64,000 nucleotides of DNA from a virus. Below, piece by piece: positions 27,621-35,909 of this stretch; position 1 is the first letter of the stretch, and every line of letters begins with the position of its first letter. The notes beneath the pieces are model-generated. The model was not told the DNA's origin. It saw only the letters and a program-made list of their open reading frames with translations, and ran no database searches. The position numbers and the translations under genes were made by a program. The stretch is from the UHGV virus genome UHGV-1366171. One strand, written 5' to 3'.

Positions 27621-27908
27621 ATGAAAATTAATCTTGACGAGAAATATTTTGTTGAAACAGATCGGTTAAATTATATTTTGAAAGAGAGAGGCACATCAAG
27701 GAAGAGCGGAAGAGAGGTAGAGCGTACAATCGGGTATTATGGTAGTATGACAACTTTGGCGGAAAGATATCTAGAAGAGCGACAAAAAGCGATTATGGAC
27801 GATTCTACGGTTAATCTGGATGAATATGTAAAATTGGTTGAGGAAAGCAATCAAAAGGCTGTATCGAGATTATACGATGTTTTACGGCTATATCCAAAGA
27901 AAGGGTGA
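27621..27908 (+). CDS. Hypothetical protein
   Basis: 95 aa, RBS AAGGAGAAATAT. Confidence 0.35.
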   Translation: MKINLDEKYFVETDRLNYILKERGTSRKSGREVERTIGYYGSMTTLAERYLEERQKAIMDDSTVNLDEYVKLVEESNQKAVSRLYDVLRLYPKKG

Positions 27909-28270
27909 TAAGAATGATAGAGATTGAAAACATGATTGATGAACGGCAGCAGAAGCTTCGCCAGATCGCAGATCACTACCAGGAAAAGCAGCTTTGGAAG
28001 CTGGCAGAGGAGTGCGGTGAGCTGGTCCAGGCATTGAGCAAGTATGTATTGACAGGGGACAAGTGCCCTGCGATTGAAGAGATCGCAGACGTAAAGAATG
28101 TGGCCCCGCAGGTGGAATATTTGTTAGAGATTGGGGATGATGTGGAGCTGATGATGGAGTATAAGCTTGACCGTACAATCAAAGAGATGGAAAAGCGGCA
28201 AAAGAAAGTCTTAGAAAAACTGAACTGCGGAATAACAGGTATGAGGAACTGGAAAAACAAGGACGCTTGA
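27905..28270 (+). CDS. MazG-like nucleotide pyrophosphohydrolase
   Basis: LWKLAEECGELVQAL ... EEIADV pattern of all-alpha NTP-PPases. Confidence 0.5.
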   Translation: MIRMIEIENMIDERQQKLRQIADHYQEKQLWKLAEECGELVQALSKYVLTGDKCPAIEEIADVKNVAPQVEYLLEIGDDVELMMEYKLDRTIKEMEKRQKKVLEKLNCGITGMRNWKNKDA

Positions 28271-28515
28271 TAGTTCTTCCCGTTGCTGTCGGAAGTACTG
28301 TATACGAAATCATTGAAGAGTCTGTACCGTATCACCATTTTTACATAAACAGCTATACAGTAGAGGATGTATCAGCAAAAGCTGTGATGTATGGTGGAGA
28401 TTGGACAGATTTAAGCTACCCCAATTTATATTTTAGCTTGGCAGATGCAGAAAAGGCTTTGAAGAAAAGAAAGCAGGGGAATTCTCTATACAACGGAAAT
28501 ATTGGAAATATATAA
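28267..28515 (+). CDS. Hypothetical protein
   Basis: 82 aa ORF. Confidence 0.3.
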   Translation: MIVLPVAVGSTVYEIIEESVPYHHFYINSYTVEDVSAKAVMYGGDWTDLSYPNLYFSLADAEKALKKRKQGNSLYNGNIGNI

Positions 28516-28954
28516 AATGAATGGAGAAAGAAAAATGAGTAATAAGCTGAGGAGAAAAGTAAAATCATCGGGATATCCAATGAATGTCGCAAATTTTACT
28601 CTAAATCAAATATCAGATTTGACAAAATGCAGAGTAGATTCTCTTAAATTTTGGTGTGAAGCTAGAGAAAAAGAATTTGAAGATATTTATCAAAAAGAGG
28701 CACGAGAAAAACTAGAGAAAGCAGAAGACTATATTGCAGTGGCGAACATTTTGATTACTCTGGTTGCCATTAAAATGACTTGGGGATATACAAAGGCCAA
28801 TCAAAGGTTACTCGAAAATTATAATGCGGCAACAGAGTATGTATCCAGAAATGGCATTGAAAAAACATATCAAGAATTGCAAAAGCAAATGGGAATTGAG
28901 TTAGAATTTGATTCAATGGATATTAACAAAGAATTTGGTTTTGGAGAATACTGA
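28502..28954 (+). CDS. Hypothetical protein
   Basis: 150 aa ORF. Confidence 0.35.
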   Translation: MEIYKMNGERKMSNKLRRKVKSSGYPMNVANFTLNQISDLTKCRVDSLKFWCEAREKEFEDIYQKEAREKLEKAEDYIAVANILITLVAIKMTWGYTKANQRLLENYNAATEYVSRNGIEKTYQELQKQMGIELEFDSMDINKEFGFGEY

Positions 28955-28955
28955 T

Positions 28956-29174
28956 ATGAGGAAAATTAGTGAAATGTATAAAAGATCAGGAGGCTCATCA
29001 TGGAGACATAATTGTGAAGAATGCAAACACTTCCATCAAAATGGAAAAAAACTAAGATGTGATCTGTTTGAATCAGATGTATGTTGGAAATCAAATTATG
29101 TGGCTTGTAAATTTTTTGAAGAACCGGTACCGGAAGAAATTAATGGGCAATTAAATATCTTTGATATTTTGTAA
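28956..29174 (+). CDS. Cys-rich hypothetical protein
   Basis: MRKISEMYKRSGGSSWRHNCEECKHF...; internal start with ATGA overlap. Confidence 0.3.
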   Translation: MRKISEMYKRSGGSSWRHNCEECKHFHQNGKKLRCDLFESDVCWKSNYVACKFFEEPVPEEINGQLNIFDIL

Positions 29175-29186
29175 AATTAGAAAGGA

Positions 29187-29231
29187 GTCGGAGCCGCTGG
29201 CCAGCGAAGGGACGTCCCGGCTCCTTTTTAA
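29187..29231 (+). terminator. Intrinsic terminator GGAGCCG-loop-CGGCTCC followed by TTTTT
   Basis: Perfect 7-bp GC stem at 29191-29225 and a T-run at 29226-29230, separating the early operon from the integrase. Confidence 0.7.
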
Positions 29232-29234
29232 AAT

Positions 29235-30452
29235 ATGGAAGATCGTGATTTATTGCAGTATGCTCTTGAACATGATATGATAAGTATGTCATATATTCAG
29301 GAACAAGTAAACATGAACAAAAGAAAGGAAATATTAGAAAAACACCCGTATAAAATTTGGGAAGGAAAAGACGGAAAATGGAGAACATATATTCTCGATG
29401 AAAATGGGAAAAGAATTTTAAAAAAGCTTTCGACGAAAAAAGCAGTGCAAAATATTATTGTGAGTTATTACGAGAATATAGAAAAAGCAAAGACTGAAGA
29501 TTATAGCTTTCATTCATATTTTCAAAAATGGAAAGAAAAGCAGGTTTCTTATGGAGTTTCAAATAATACGTTGACAAAGTATGATTCGGATTATAAGCGA
29601 TATTTTGAAAATTCGAAATTTGAAAAACTTGATATAAGAAAAATCAATGAAGAAGATATTACCGCTTTTGTTATTCAGCAAATCAAAAAGCTGAACCTCA
29701 AAGAAAAAGCGGGAAAATCGCTTATGGGATATATAAACGGAGTTTTTAAACACGCGAGAATAAAAAGAATAATATCAGAAAACCCTTGCGAATACGTCGA
29801 AACAAGAAACTTTTCGAAGTTTTTTAATCGGGATAAAAAAAACCCTGAAGAAAGAACCATTAATACTAACGATTTGAATCTTTTATTGAAACAATTATAT
29901 ATTAGCCAAACCCAAAAACCTCATTATATACCGAATTATGCGGTAGAATTAGCTATATATACCGGAATGAGAATTGGGGAAATAACTGCATTAAGGTGGG
30001 AAAATATTCGCGAAGATCTGGGGGTTATTGTAATATGTTGCTCCGAAAAGCACGATAGAATAACTAAGGAATACATCGTTGATTCTACAAAAACCAGAAA
30101 AGAACGTCAATTCCCTATTACTCAAAAAATTTCAAGCTTACTTTATAAAGTGAAAAAAATAGAAATGCAGTATGGATTTCTTGGCGAATACATATTCCAG
30201 AATGAAAACGGAAAACTCCATTCTTCTTCTATCGCTCATTGTATACGTTATAGGTGTATACAGGCCGGAATTCCAGAAAAAAGCATCCAATCACTAAGGC
30301 GAACATTAAATTCAAAATTAAGATGTGCTGGTGTGTCAAGCATTGTTGCAGCATCAATGCTTGGACACACAGAAGAAGTTAATGCTTTAAATTATAGTTA
30401 TGATATTTCTGAAATGGATTATAAAAGAGAGATATTATCCGAGATTATTTGA
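29235..30452 (+). CDS. int: Tyrosine site-specific integrase
   Basis: AVELAIYTGMRIGEITALRWENI (Arg box) and AASMLGHTEEVNALNYSYD (LGH...Y) are catalytic-domain signatures; adjacent to an att site. Confidence 0.85.
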   Translation: MEDRDLLQYALEHDMISMSYIQEQVNMNKRKEILEKHPYKIWEGKDGKWRTYILDENGKRILKKLSTKKAVQNIIVSYYENIEKAKTEDYSFHSYFQKWKEKQVSYGVSNNTLTKYDSDYKRYFENSKFEKLDIRKINEEDITAFVIQQIKKLNLKEKAGKSLMGYINGVFKHARIKRIISENPCEYVETRNFSKFFNRDKKNPEERTINTNDLNLLLKQLYISQTQKPHYIPNYAVELAIYTGMRIGEITALRWENIREDLGVIVICCSEKHDRITKEYIVDSTKTRKERQFPITQKISSLLYKVKKIEMQYGFLGEYIFQNENGKLHSSSIAHCIRYRCIQAGIPEKSIQSLRRTLNSKLRCAGVSSIVAASMLGHTEEVNALNYSYDISEMDYKREILSEII

Positions 30453-30459
30453 CTTAGGC

Positions 30460-30655
30460 AATAAAAAGGTAATCACGGGTAATCAAAATGTTTGATAATC
30501 AAAAAAACGCGAAATCCTTGATTTTACAAGAAAAAACGCGTTTTTATGCATGGACCTGGCGGGAATCGAACCCGCGTCCATATCTGGAAATACCTATAAA
30601 ACAAGGGTTTTTTGTATGAGGTAATCAAAAGGTAATCAAAAAGGTAATCAGACAT
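30460..30655. other. Attachment site with attP-like architecture: a 3'-end copy of a tmRNA (ssrA)-like gene on the minus strand as core, flanked on both sides by GGTAATCA arm-type repeats
   Basis: The minus strand of 30547-30582 reads GGACGCGGGTTCGATTCCCGCCAGGTCCA, the T-arm plus acceptor 3' half; it is near-identical in form to tmRNA 3' ends such as E. coli ssrA (GGACGCGGGTTCAACTCCCGCCAGCTCCACCA, from memory), and no tRNA/tmRNA 5' half follows it. GGTAATCA occurs at 30469, 30479, 30620, 30631 and 30643. The palindrome AAAAACGCGTTTTT at 30530 abuts the core. Confidence 0.6.
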
Positions 30656-30753
30656 ATGTTCGATTTAAGTTAAAGATAAGAGGAGGAAATCCTGAATATA
30701 TGACATCGCAAAGGAATTTTGCGGTGATTTTTTGCATTATGGGAGGATTTTCT

Positions 30754-31428
30754 ATGGCTGAACGATATACGAGATATTCAACAGTAAATGATGTGATGAA
30801 AGAATTTTTGATCTATGGAGCAGAATTGACGAAAATGGGGTATCCAATACTTCCGATGGTACAAACCGTACCATCTAACACCGTAGATTTTTCCGAAAGC
30901 TTATCGAGAAAATTGAAGGGACATAAACGATTGAATGTGAATTTCTTTGTGGACGATGAAAAATTTGAACGTTTGTACTCAGCACCAGATAGATATATAG
31001 AACATCTTAAATGTTTTGAATCAATTTGTGGTCTTGATTTTTCCATTGATACACAGATGCCGCTTGTTATGCAGATGTGGAATAAGTACCGAAGCATGGC
31101 CTTAGATTGGTATTTAACTTTACAGGGCATTAAAGTTATCCCAAATGTAAATATTGTCCCGTATGAGGGGCGAAAATGGCTTTTAGATGGGATTCCTAAA
31201 TATAGTACAGTATGTTGCAGTACAAACGGAAGAATAAGGTCTAAAAGAGCTAGAGAAGAATTTTGTGACGGTTTTTATCAGATGTGTAGCAAATTAGAAC
31301 CAACAAGAATTATAGTTGTGGGGAGGCTGCCAGATGAATTGAGGGATTTAACAAAAGTTATAAATCTTAAAGCAAGAAATCAAAGAATGAATGAAAGATT
31401 CGGAAAGGATAAATATGGGGACAAGTAG
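30754..31428 (+). CDS. DUF4417-like protein (hypothetical)
   Basis: Start at ATGGCTGAACG with RBS GGGAGG (the track ORF begins at 30700). Family call is from memory of the DUF4417 pattern, which is often integrase-adjacent. Confidence 0.4.
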   Translation: MAERYTRYSTVNDVMKEFLIYGAELTKMGYPILPMVQTVPSNTVDFSESLSRKLKGHKRLNVNFFVDDEKFERLYSAPDRYIEHLKCFESICGLDFSIDTQMPLVMQMWNKYRSMALDWYLTLQGIKVIPNVNIVPYEGRKWLLDGIPKYSTVCCSTNGRIRSKRAREEFCDGFYQMCSKLEPTRIIVVGRLPDELRDLTKVINLKARNQRMNERFGKDKYGDK

Positions 31429-31992
31429 TGAGAATAATGAGCGATATAAACGAAGAAGGAAAGAGCAAGAAGAAAGATCCGAAAAAACACGTCGTCAGTT
31501 AGAGCAAATGATTAAGGATAGAATATTGACAAAATAAATTTTTCGATTTTTGTGCAAATTGACAGCTCAAGTTTATACACTGTGTATACATATAGGCGCT
31601 ATTGTACAAAATTTGATCTATAAGGTGCTTTTTCTCCTGTAGGTTTTTTGCCCGTTTTTTAATTTCGATATTTTTTATATATCAGGCCGATTCTTGTTCT
31701 AAACTGAAACGATAAACAGAACAGCGCATTCTTTACGTACTCCAAAACTTATGCTGAACACGTTAAACGGCTCTAAAATCGTTTGTAACTCGTTTGGACA
31801 TTATAACCTACCTATGCGATCAAAAAACGGCTAAAAGCCCTTTAAACACTTATAGCATAGCATTGTAATATATGGTTGTCAATGTACATTTTTATGGTCC
31901 ATGTCGTTTTAATTTGCCTTATATAGCGTTTTTGAAATGTAACGTTGCTTTCCGGTGATTGCGTTTTAAACATCTCAAAATAGGGAATACAC

Positions 31993-32032
31993 GCTTGTAG
32001 AACCGTGCCGGCCGGAATTGAACCAGCTAAAA
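31993..32032 (-). other. tRNA 3'-end-like fragment (T-arm + acceptor 3' strand) on the minus strand
   Basis: Minus strand AGCTGGTTCAATTCCGGCCGGCACGG; no matching 5' half nearby. Confidence 0.35.
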
Positions 32033-32044
32033 AGCACCAGAGCA

Positions 32045-32075
32045 CAGGAAAAAGGCAGGGGAAAACCTGCCTAAA
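32045..32075 (-). terminator. Intrinsic terminator on the minus strand (GGCAGG-loop-CCTGCC + T-run) after the 32071-32364 gene
   Basis: Plus-strand text AAAGGCAGGGGAAAACCTGCCTAAAG. Confidence 0.5.
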
Positions 32076-32364
32076 GTAAACCATATTCACGACACACACT
32101 TTCAAGCCATGCTGTATAATGTCGCGTCCATTTTTGAGATGTATTTTTTAACATTTTACCGGATAAATTCATTCTTTTTAGCGATACATCAGAAAATTTT
32201 GTTGTTGTATCGCTTGTTTTTTCAATTTTTGCCGATATTTTTACGCTGTCATTTATGGCTGTGAATATATCGTCGCGTCTGTCTATATGTAAGGTTAGCT
32301 TTTCCTCATCATAAATATTTATGTTATTACCATTCTTTTTTATTTCCATTCTGGAAACCTCCAT
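32071..32364 (-). CDS. Hypothetical protein
   Basis: 97 aa minus-strand ORF followed by a terminator. Confidence 0.35.
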   Translation of the reverse strand: MEVSRMEIKKNGNNINIYDEEKLTLHIDRRDDIFTAINDSVKISAKIEKTSDTTTKFSDVSLKRMNLSGKMLKNTSQKWTRHYTAWLESVCREYGLL

Positions 32365-32417
32365 TTTTTAATTTTATCACATGAACAATCCTGGCGCAAT
32401 GCCAGGAAAGTCGGTTA

Positions 32418-32675
32418 CTATGAAATTTTTAAATATTTTTTAGACGCAGCTATAACATCATCCGTACAACCACAATCTAATATTTTTCGTGCGAGTGTAT
32501 TAATGCGGTATTTTGATAGACAACAAAAAGCGCGGATATAATCACATGATGCGCGGCCCGTCCATATATACCACGATAGATCACCGGCCAGGTTTTCAGC
32601 AGTCCTGCTGTCTGAAATATGCCACAATGCCATTTTTAAAGCAAAAATTGTATTTTCAATTTTTTCGCGACTCAT
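32418..32675 (-). CDS. Hypothetical protein
   Basis: 85 aa minus-strand ORF upstream of, and co-oriented with, 32071-32364. Confidence 0.3.
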   Translation of the reverse strand: MSREKIENTIFALKMALWHISDSRTAENLAGDLSWYIWTGRASCDYIRAFCCLSKYRINTLARKILDCGCTDDVIAASKKYLKIS

Positions 32676-32720
32676 ATTTTCACTTTCTTCCCTTTTCCCT
32701 GGGAGCTAGGATATACAAAA

Positions 32721-32760
32721 GGCACCGGACGGAATCGAACCGCCCGCAATGGCTCCAGCG
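32721..32760 (-). other. Second tRNA 3'-end-like fragment on the minus strand
   Basis: Minus strand GCGGGCGGTTCGATTCCGTCCGGTGCCT (T-stem GGCGG/CCGTC, loop TTCGATT, acceptor 3' CGGTGCC); no 5' half present. Confidence 0.35.
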
Positions 32761-33274
32761 TGCTTATTTTCCAATAATTTCAAGGTAATGGTTGGCGGTT
32801 ATGTGGCTAGTCACAAATAAAATCCCCTTGCACACCTGTCACAATAATCATTTTCCCATCGCGTCGTCTATACACAATTCCGCAACCGTGCGAAAAAGAA
32901 GACCACACAAGCCATCCAGGAGGCGTGACTTTTTATTTGTTGGCTGGGAAATAGGAAAAGAGTTCTAAGACTTTCATTTTAATAAAAGTTTCGCTGTGAT
33001 CTTGTCCAGTTCTCGAAAGCTCTTTTCAATTTTCTTCATTGACTTTTCCCGCTTTTTTAAAGCTTTCTGAAGCTTTTGATCTGGTGCAAATTGTAACTTT
33101 AACATTGATTTTTACCTTTTCACCCTGTTATAATGGGTTTTCCTTTCTTTTTGATTGGTGCCGCTGGTTTAGCTACTCAGGCCGTTCAGCGGCTTTTTTG
33201 TTTGTTCCTCCGCTCTGCATTTTTCCAGGCTTGCGACTAGCTTCGGCTGCATTAGAGGGCCGGACGTGTCCGGC

Positions 33275-33484
33275 TTAATGTCCGCAGTCAAATTCTGGTG
33301 TATCTTCAGCAAGTTTTCTAATATTTTGATTAAGTGTATGTTTTTCATTGTATTTTAAAGTTTCCACTTTTTTCGTTGCGCGGTTAAAAACAGTTGATGA
33401 ACCGGTAGCAATATCGCTATCAAGTACTTTACAGATTTGAATTGTTCCGTTTACCATTTTCCCAACATATACAGATTTTAACAT
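33275..33484 (-). CDS. Hypothetical protein
   Basis: 69 aa minus-strand ORF. Confidence 0.3.
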   Translation of the reverse strand: MLKSVYVGKMVNGTIQICKVLDSDIATGSSTVFNRATKKVETLKYNEKHTLNQNIRKLAEDTPEFDCGH

Positions 33485-33584
33485 CTTTCTACCTCCTATT
33501 GTTTGGCTTTTAATGATTGTTTTTGTGTTCCTTTGATGATTATATTATAGCATAATTAAGCGCTAATTCAATATGTAATAACTA

Positions 33585-33680
33585 ACAAATTAAACACTAA
33601 TATTAGGCTGAAAATTGTGCGCTTTTATTAAACGCTAATGCTTGACTATTAAACACTAATATATTATAATATAGGCACAA
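33585..33680 (+). promoter_or_regulatory. Promoter with TTAAACACTAAT operator repeats (TTGACT-attaaacactaatat-ATTATAAT)
   Basis: The repeat occurs three times in 33590-33665, once inside the -35/-10 spacer; the same arrangement recurs at 34428-34495. Confidence 0.5.
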
Positions 33681-33691
33681 ACAGAAAGGGA

Positions 33692-33952
33692 GTGAACGAA
33701 ATGCCAGAAATAAGCAGATTTTACGGAATAGTAATAAAGATGTTCTTCAAGCCAAAAGAACATGAACCAAGTCATATACATGCTTTATATGGCGAGTATG
33801 TCGGAATTTTTGACTTGCAGAGCATGGAAATGACAGAGGGAGACTTACCAAAGAAAGCGCAGGAGCTTATAAAGGAATGGCTTTATAAGAATCAAGAAGA
33901 ACTTTTAAAAATGTGGGAAACTCAAAAATTAAGGAAACTGCCGCCGTTATAA
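33692..33952 (+). CDS. DUF4160-like small protein
   Basis: MPEISRFYGIVIKMFFKPKEHEPSHIHALYGEY pattern; paired with a DUF2442-like gene. Confidence 0.45.
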   Translation: MNEMPEISRFYGIVIKMFFKPKEHEPSHIHALYGEYVGIFDLQSMEMTEGDLPKKAQELIKEWLYKNQEELLKMWETQKLRKLPPL

Positions 33953-33980
33953 GCGGCTTTTTCCCGTGGGAGGTGGCGAA

Positions 33981-34232
33981 ATGATACCAAGAATAAAGAG
34001 CGTAAAACCACATGAAAATTATATTTTATATGTTATTTTTGATGATGGGAAAGAATGCTTGTATAATGTAAAAGAAGATATAGACAGCATAGAACAGTAT
34101 AAGGATTTGGAAACAATACAAGGACTTTTTGAACAAGCACAGCTTGACGAAAGTCGAACGTGCGTTTTTTGGAATGAATATATTGATCTAGCAAGTGACA
34201 CAATATATGAATACGGGAAAGAGGTTGAATAA
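33981..34232 (+). CDS. DUF2442-like small protein
   Basis: MIPRIKSVKPHENYILYVIFDDGKE...; the DUF4160 + DUF2442 pairing is typical. Confidence 0.45.
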   Translation: MIPRIKSVKPHENYILYVIFDDGKECLYNVKEDIDSIEQYKDLETIQGLFEQAQLDESRTCVFWNEYIDLASDTIYEYGKEVE

Positions 34233-34429
34233 TGGCAGATAAGAAGAAAATTGATCCAGAATTAAACCGGGCAAGAGTCAAGGCAACTATGGCAAAAAGA
34301 GACAGAATAAATATAATTTTGCCAGAAGGTACAAATGACAGAATAGATGCTTTAGGGTTTAAGCGGTCCGATTTTGCAAAAACGCTAATTTTAACGGAAT
34401 TAGACAGATTAGAAAAGATGAAAAAATAA
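34232..34429 (+). CDS. Small RHH/Arc-like putative DNA-binding protein
   Basis: 65 aa basic N-terminus KATMAKRDRINIILPEGTNDRIDALGFKRS; probable autoregulator of the TTAAACACTAAT operators. Confidence 0.35.
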   Translation: MADKKKIDPELNRARVKATMAKRDRINIILPEGTNDRIDALGFKRSDFAKTLILTELDRLEKMKK

Positions 34430-34495
34430 ACACTAATTTTTTAGATAACTATTGACAATTAAACACTAATATGATATAATAAAGACAGTTTAAGG
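34428..34495 (+). promoter_or_regulatory. Second promoter with the same operator (TTGACA-attaaacactaatat-GATATAAT)
   Basis: AAATAAACACTAAT at 34431 and TTGACAATTAAACACTAATATGATATAAT at 34453-34481. Confidence 0.5.
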
Positions 34496-34534
34496 AAGGG
34501 CAAGACCTTAGCAGAAAGAAAGGAGTAAACCAGA

Positions 34535-34699
34535 ATGGAGGAAGTAAGGGAAATGACAGAAAAAGAAATGCAGACAGTTAAAATGTCCACGCTGTACGAA
34601 TTGAGATTGATTTTTACACAAGGGGAAAAGAAACAGTACAGCACTGAAGAAATTGTAGAACTCTTAGATAAAATAGCGACAGCAAAAGACCAGAAATAA
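34535..34699 (+). CDS. Small hypothetical protein (54 aa)
   Basis: ATGGAGGAAGTAAGG... with RBS AAAGGAG. Confidence 0.25.
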   Translation: MEEVREMTEKEMQTVKMSTLYELRLIFTQGEKKQYSTEEIVELLDKIATAKDQK

Positions 34700-34853
34700 G
34701 GTAATCAGGGAGGGCGGGCTTGCCACCGCTCCCCACATGAAATTATGAAAAGGGGAAAAACAATGAAAACGATAGAAACGATTGAGAATTACAGAAAAGG
34801 TACAACGATAGATCTTTATTGTAATTATGGAGTCCTGAACTCAGAAAAAATGA

Positions 34854-35096
34854 ATGTGTACACATAAAATGATCGAAAAATATACACATTACGGTGTTAA
34901 TGTAGTGTATCAGATAATAGATACATTTAAAAATAATAATTTTAGACAAGAGCTGAAAGAAAATGGTATAGCATGGACTGATTTGCCAATTCTCGATACG
35001 GATGTTTTAACATACGTAAAAGACGGCATCACAAAATATGCCTGCATCAAAAAGGGCGCCGAATATGCGGAGAGAGTCTATACCTATGCCACTTAA
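34854..35096 (+). CDS. Hypothetical protein
   Basis: 80 aa ORF. Confidence 0.3.
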   Translation: MCTHKMIEKYTHYGVNVVYQIIDTFKNNNFRQELKENGIAWTDLPILDTDVLTYVKDGITKYACIKKGAEYAERVYTYAT

Positions 35097-35301
35097 AACT
35101 AAAGCAAAAACGATTTGCGAGGCGGCCGAAAAAATGGCACTGGATAAAGCGGCTGAAAATTTATCTTTTTTTGATATGCCAAAACTTGACTCAAAAGAAT
35201 TTAATATTGCACTAATTCATTTAGGGTATTCGTTGCAGGATATTAAAGATATGGACTGTCATGATATTGATGATGATTTTTTAAGTGACATGGAGCTATA
35301 A
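35038..35301 (+). CDS. Hypothetical protein
   Basis: 87 aa acidic ORF. Confidence 0.3.
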   Translation: MPASKRAPNMRRESIPMPLKTKAKTICEAAEKMALDKAAENLSFFDMPKLDSKEFNIALIHLGYSLQDIKDMDCHDIDDDFLSDMEL

Positions 35302-35439
35302 ATAGGGGGCATGGTTGTCTTCTATTTTTGATGTATTTATTTACAAGTTAATTTTAGCGCTAAAATTATCAGACAAATAGTTGTTTTTGTTGGTATATGA
35401 TTCAGGCTTGACACAATAACGCCTGATATGATATCCTAC

Positions 35440-35535
35440 ATCTATCGACGGGGCGAGGAACTCATAGGAGTAGTAGCACACTGAAAATTTAAAGTAATAA
35501 GCAAGGCAGACAGGAGAAGTCTGCCTTTTTATTGT
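35440..35535 (+). ncRNA. Candidate small RNA: TTGACA promoter followed about 95 nt later by an intrinsic terminator (GGCAGAC-loop-GTCTGCC + TTTTT)
   Basis: Promoter-like TTGACACAATAACGCCTGATATGATATCC; terminator stem at 35502-35530; no plausible ORF other than an 18-codon frame. Confidence 0.3.
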
Positions 35536-35769
35536 ATAAAATAACGATTTTTACCCCCCTATATTTATATATTATTACTATTGACTTTTTATATAATATA
35601 TACTACTTCTATAGATTCTAAGCCCCTGAGATATTTATTATATATATAATAACGCGTGCGCGCGTGTATATATATTATATACTATATATTGATTTATATG
35701 ATACAGTATTACAAGATATTGTAACTTAGGTATTGACATAAAAAAGAAAATGTGGTAAAAAATAAAGTA

Positions 35770-35860
35770 TCTAAATAATGTGAGGTCGCATAAAGAGCTA
35801 GTAGAGCGCCTTTGGAGTCCTGAAAAGATCGGACACGGGCAGCTTGTCAAAGCTCTTTTT
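35770..35860 (+). ncRNA. Second candidate small RNA: TTGACA promoter, then an AGCTT-gtca-AAGCT hairpin + T7 terminator
   Basis: TTGACATAAAAAAGAAAATGTGGTAAAAAAT ... GCAGCTTGTCAAAGCTCTTTTTTTA. Confidence 0.25.
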
Positions 35861-35909
35861 TTATTTAATTTTAAATATATCAAATTAACGTGATAAAGTA
35901 GGTGAGGTT

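Noticed and set aside
30547-33280. Intact tmRNA (ssrA) gene with tag-peptide frame
   Set aside because: Only a roughly 36-nt 3' end is present. Neither strand downstream has a 5' acceptor partner, a resume codon/ALAA-type tag frame or pseudoknot-like structure, so it is an att core copy, not a tmRNA gene.
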